From positions 1-63,578 of the forward strand of contig CAXBGV010000001.1 of NCBI GenBank assembly GCA_963975235.1: a stretch of 63,578 nucleotides of DNA, written 5' to 3'. The position numbers and the translations under genes are program-made. How positions within the stretch are numbered: position 1 is the first letter of the stretch; each line of letters begins with the position of its first letter. Positions 60,516-63,578 of this stretch are shown here, one piece after another. Below the pieces are notes generated by a model. It had not been told where the DNA came from. It ran no database searches and saw only the letters and a list, made by a program, of their open reading frames with translations. The DNA is from an uncultured Flavobacterium sp. GTDB lineage: Bacteria > Bacteroidota > Bacteroidia > Flavobacteriales > Flavobacteriaceae.

Positions 60516-61721
60516 ATGATGCAAACAAAATACCCCTTAGAATGGTTCGATTGTTTAATAGTACAGGAACTTAATGCAAGGAGTGGAGCACTGCAATCCA
60601 TAACCATTGCTGAAAGCAAGGAACTCGTTGCCCATATTTTAAAAGAATCTCGTAGGATTCAGATCCAGATTAAGGAAGAAATTTTTTCGATTCGAAAAAA
60701 GAGGCAATTTCGGCATTTAGTTCGAAAATACCATTCCAGTTTCATTTACCTTTTAGATTGTAGCATTGAAAACCAGCAGCATGATTTTTTTAGAGAACCC
60801 CATCTTTGTATTATCGGTGCTACCGTTATTAATGTGCTAGAGGATTTGATATCTTTTGTTGAAAACCGTTTTTACAAGTACCTTAGTTTGGATGAGCGTG
60901 TTCCCATCACCTATCAAATAGTCTCCAAAAGAGAAATTCTGTCCAAACTAGAAGTTTTAAAAAAAAATATTTCTAAGGATCCTTCTAGTACAGAAGAACC
61001 TTTACAAATTGTAATTGCAAAACTTTACCAAAAATTGACATCTGAGTACACGCACAAAAGCACTTACAGGGAAATAGTGTATAGAAAGGAACTATTGAAC
61101 GCCTTAGCTAATGATGCGTTACCAGTTGTAAAAAGTACTATATACTCGGCAGCAGATGAAATATTGATAGCATTTAATTTTAATTGTCAGGAATACAGTT
61201 CTTATCTTAAGAATAGGATTATGCTCCAGCTCGATCACTATACTACAGTTGGAGAGAGGTTGGCCGCTATATTACTTATTTACAAAGAATTTGGGCAGCT
61301 CTATTGCAAGCCCAAAAGAATGTTTGACCCGCAAGAGCCTCATTTGAAAGAGGTTTTAAATACTTGGTTTCAACATGAAATTCGCTACTTGGAACAGCAA
61401 TTAAAAACCAAAGAAGAAGCTGCTATCGTTACAACTCCTCAAAGTGACGTAGCGAAAATAGATTCCAATCTTAAAATGGAATGTGATTTATCGTGTGATC
61501 AGATAGCTCTTATATTGAGAGCTGCAGATGAATCTCGTGTCGTAAAAGCCCGCTCCATGAGTCAGGTATTTAAAAGTATTGTTCCTTATTTATCTACTCC
61601 TTTTAAAAAAGAGCTTTCTTATCAATCTGTAAGAAGCAAGTCATACAATGCAGAAGACCGTGATAAAGTAGTAGCAATTCGCACGTTAGAGAAGATGATC
61701 ACAAAAATAAATAGCTACTAA
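60516..61721 (+). CDS. RteC-like ICE transfer regulator
   Basis: ~400 aa directly upstream of tra genes; C-terminal LSCDQIALILRAADE...LSYQSVRSKSY domain; assignment rests partly on position. Confidence 0.55.
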   Translation: MMQTKYPLEWFDCLIVQELNARSGALQSITIAESKELVAHILKESRRIQIQIKEEIFSIRKKRQFRHLVRKYHSSFIYLLDCSIENQQHDFFREPHLCIIGATVINVLEDLISFVENRFYKYLSLDERVPITYQIVSKREILSKLEVLKKNISKDPSSTEEPLQIVIAKLYQKLTSEYTHKSTYREIVYRKELLNALANDALPVVKSTIYSAADEILIAFNFNCQEYSSYLKNRIMLQLDHYTTVGERLAAILLIYKEFGQLYCKPKRMFDPQEPHLKEVLNTWFQHEIRYLEQQLKTKEEAAIVTTPQSDVAKIDSNLKMECDLSCDQIALILRAADESRVVKARSMSQVFKSIVPYLSTPFKKELSYQSVRSKSYNAEDRDKVVAIRTLEKMITKINSY

Positions 61722-61772
61722 ATTCCGTGTGTAAAGTGTGATATATGGTCTGTTGACCACGGGTACTAAAGG

Positions 61773-61791
61773 GTACAACTTAAAGTTGTAC
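61773..61791. promoter_or_regulatory. Palindromic candidate operator upstream of the tra region
   Basis: GTACAACTT-A-AAGTTGTAC. Confidence 0.45.
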
Positions 61792-61901
61792 TTGTGAAGA
61801 AAGTTAACTAATTGTTCTTTTGACTTATGAAATCAAACATTTATTTTTTATAGTGTTCGATGGAAATAAAAAAAGGAAGTTGAACATTTAATTATGAAAC
61901 T

Positions 61902-62381
61902 ATGTTTACAAACATTTCATGGGGCAATTACATCGTTGTGATTGTATTGCTATTGGCAAGTTGGTATTTATTTATTGGATTGCGATTTTATTTTGTAGAG
62001 ATCAAAGAAATTGTGACAGGAAAGTGGACCATTCGGAATTGCAGGAGTAAGGATTTAGAAATTCATTATGATGTAGTTCAGCCGCAAACTTTTACTGATA
62101 CTTCATTGCAGCCATCATTTGGAGAGCCAGAAGAATCTATTATTAATATAGATGCTTTTGTAGAAGGATTGAAAAATGTTGTAAAAGAGGCAGCTCAAAG
62201 AAAATTAGTCAAAACAGAGTTTCAGAGTTATCTCAGTTTGCTCCTTTGTGAGTTTCCATCTATTAAAAACTCCCCCTTTAGATCCTCAGTCAGTGAAATG
62301 ATAATCTCAGAATGCAATAAGCTAGATTTTATAAGTTTAAGTCAGGTAGAGGTAGAAGAATTATGGAACGAAAATGAATAA
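61902..62381 (+). CDS. Membrane-anchored hypothetical protein of the tra region
   Basis: 159 aa; N-terminal TM helix (ISWGNYIVVIVLLLASWYLFIG). Confidence 0.75.
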   Translation: MFTNISWGNYIVVIVLLLASWYLFIGLRFYFVEIKEIVTGKWTIRNCRSKDLEIHYDVVQPQTFTDTSLQPSFGEPEESIINIDAFVEGLKNVVKEAAQRKLVKTEFQSYLSLLLCEFPSIKNSPFRSSVSEMIISECNKLDFISLSQVEVEELWNENE

Positions 62382-62516
62382 GAATAATAAAAGATTGTGG
62401 AGGAATTGCCCCTGTCCGTTTCAGTGCGGTATGGCTTAATGTGACAGGAATGAGAAATTGAGACAGTGGCATGCTCTGCATTATTTTTAATGATTTGAAC
62501 TATAAAACAAGGTATT

Positions 62517-62855
62517 ATGAAGAAGTGCATCAGGAATTTAAAGAAAGAGAACCGACAAAATAGAATTATCGGTGTTAGCATTTTGGTATTGCTAGTATTC
62601 AGCTATCAAGGATATGGACAAGATGGGCTTGCGGGAATCAATGAAGCGAACCAAAAAGTACGGAGTTATTTTGATGCAGGTACCCAATTGATGTATGCTA
62701 TTGGTGCATTACTTGGGCTGATCGGCGCCGTTAAGGTATATCAGAAATGGAATGCGGGTGATCCTGATACGGGAAAAGTAGCGGCGGCCTGGTTTGGCAG
62801 CTGTGTTTTTCTAGTTGTAGTTGCCACCGTGATAAAATCATTTTTTGGAGTTTAA
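62517..62855 (+). CDS. traE: Conjugative transposon TraE (DUF4134, VirB2-like)
   Basis: GLAGINEA...YAIGALLGLIGAVKVYQKWNAGDPDT..AAWFGSC. Confidence 0.9.
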   Translation: MKKCIRNLKKENRQNRIIGVSILVLLVFSYQGYGQDGLAGINEANQKVRSYFDAGTQLMYAIGALLGLIGAVKVYQKWNAGDPDTGKVAAAWFGSCVFLVVVATVIKSFFGV

Positions 62856-62867
62856 AACGCTATAAAT

Positions 62868-63188
62868 ATGGAAAATACGGTATATCATATCAACAAAGGA
62901 ATCAATAAAAGTATCGAATTCAAAGGTTTAAAAGCGCAATACATTTGGTATTTTGGAGCAGGAATAGTAGTATTAATGATCCTTTTTTCAATCATGTATA
63001 TAATCGGATTTCCCTCCTATATTTCCTTAGGAATTATAGGTATTGGAGGAACCGTGATGGTTGTAAAAGTTTATAAAATGAGTCATAAGTACGGAGAGTT
63101 TGGGATGATGAAAGAGTTAGCGAAAAGACAATTGCCTAAAGCAATCAAGACTCAAAGTAGGAGCGTTTTTAAAATGCGAAAACTATAG
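62868..63188 (+). CDS. traF: Conjugative transposon TraF (DUF4133)
   Basis: YHINKGINKSIEFKGLKAQY...KYGEFGMMK. Confidence 0.9.
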   Translation: MENTVYHINKGINKSIEFKGLKAQYIWYFGAGIVVLMILFSIMYIIGFPSYISLGIIGIGGTVMVVKVYKMSHKYGEFGMMKELAKRQLPKAIKTQSRSVFKMRKL

Positions 63189-63218
63189 CGAACGGAATGA
63201 AGAGACAGTTAAATTGAG

Positions 63219-63578
63219 ATGATGATGGATAAAACGATGGAGGCTATTTTGCCATTAATGGATATTGAACACGATTGTATTCTATCCAAACAGGGAGACA
63301 TTACTGTAGTATTCAAAGCAGAACTACCAGAAATATTTACGCTATCTGATCAGGAGTATGAGTCATTTCACCAAGCGTGGGTGAAGGCCATAAAGTTATT
63401 GCCGAAATTTAGCGTTTTTCACAAGCAAGACTGGTTCATCGATAGTAAGCATCAACCGCATTTTGAAAATGATGACCATAGTTTTCTTAGTCGCTGCAGT
63501 GAACGATTCTTTAATGAACGTCCTTTTTTAGACCATTCATGCTACATTTTCTTGACTAAAAAACCAGGGGGAAGAAAG
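63219..63578 (+). CDS. traG: Conjugative transposon ATPase TraG (VirB4-like), 5' part truncated by the window
   Basis: MMMDKTMEAILPLMDIEHDCILSKQGDITVVFKAELPEIFT...WVKAIKLLP..HKQDWF; open to the window end. Confidence 0.88.
   Translation, partial: MMMDKTMEAILPLMDIEHDCILSKQGDITVVFKAELPEIFTLSDQEYESFHQAWVKAIKLLPKFSVFHKQDWFIDSKHQPHFENDDHSFLSRCSERFFNERPFLDHSCYIFLTKKPGGRK

Larger units (their letters stand above)
1..63578. mobile_element. Interior of a Bacteroidota (CTnDOT-like) integrative conjugative element; ends not in window
   Basis: mobABC plus oriT-like repeats, Toprim protein, RteC-like regulator, traE/F/G, DUF932 gene and dense accessory cargo. No housekeeping genes and no integrase seen. 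Confidence 0.85.

Overview
AT-rich Bacteroidota DNA (Flavobacterium-like: TAnnTTTG promoter boxes, SusC/SusD, CTnDOT-type mob/tra genes). The window looks like the interior of an integrative conjugative element. The backbone is mobA-mobB-mobC with a likely oriT (~24.2 kb), a Toprim primase-like gene, an RteC-like regulator and the start of the tra operon (traE, traF, traG); no integrase or element ends are visible. Cargo: (1) a defence island at 2.3-20.1 kb with a nuclease-like gene pair, a WYL regulator and a type I R-M operon carrying a YobI-type NTPase and a Schlafen/AlbA_2 gene; (2) a MauE/DoxX + Cys-rich secreted peptide + S9 peptidase + SusC/D module; (3) a second hsdM-hsdS pair with no hsdR but with an ABC ATPase and an HNH nuclease; (4) a 43-49 kb stretch organised like integron cassettes, including a reversed hicBA pair; (5) iron-uptake and regulatory genes. 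The most unusual signals are a ~260 bp array of 5-6 different tRNA 3' fragments between hsdM and hsdS (antisense to the operon), the attC-like cassette array with covarying hairpins, and a possible ICE-encoded peptide signalling circuit. Family names come from motif recognition and recall, not from database searches.
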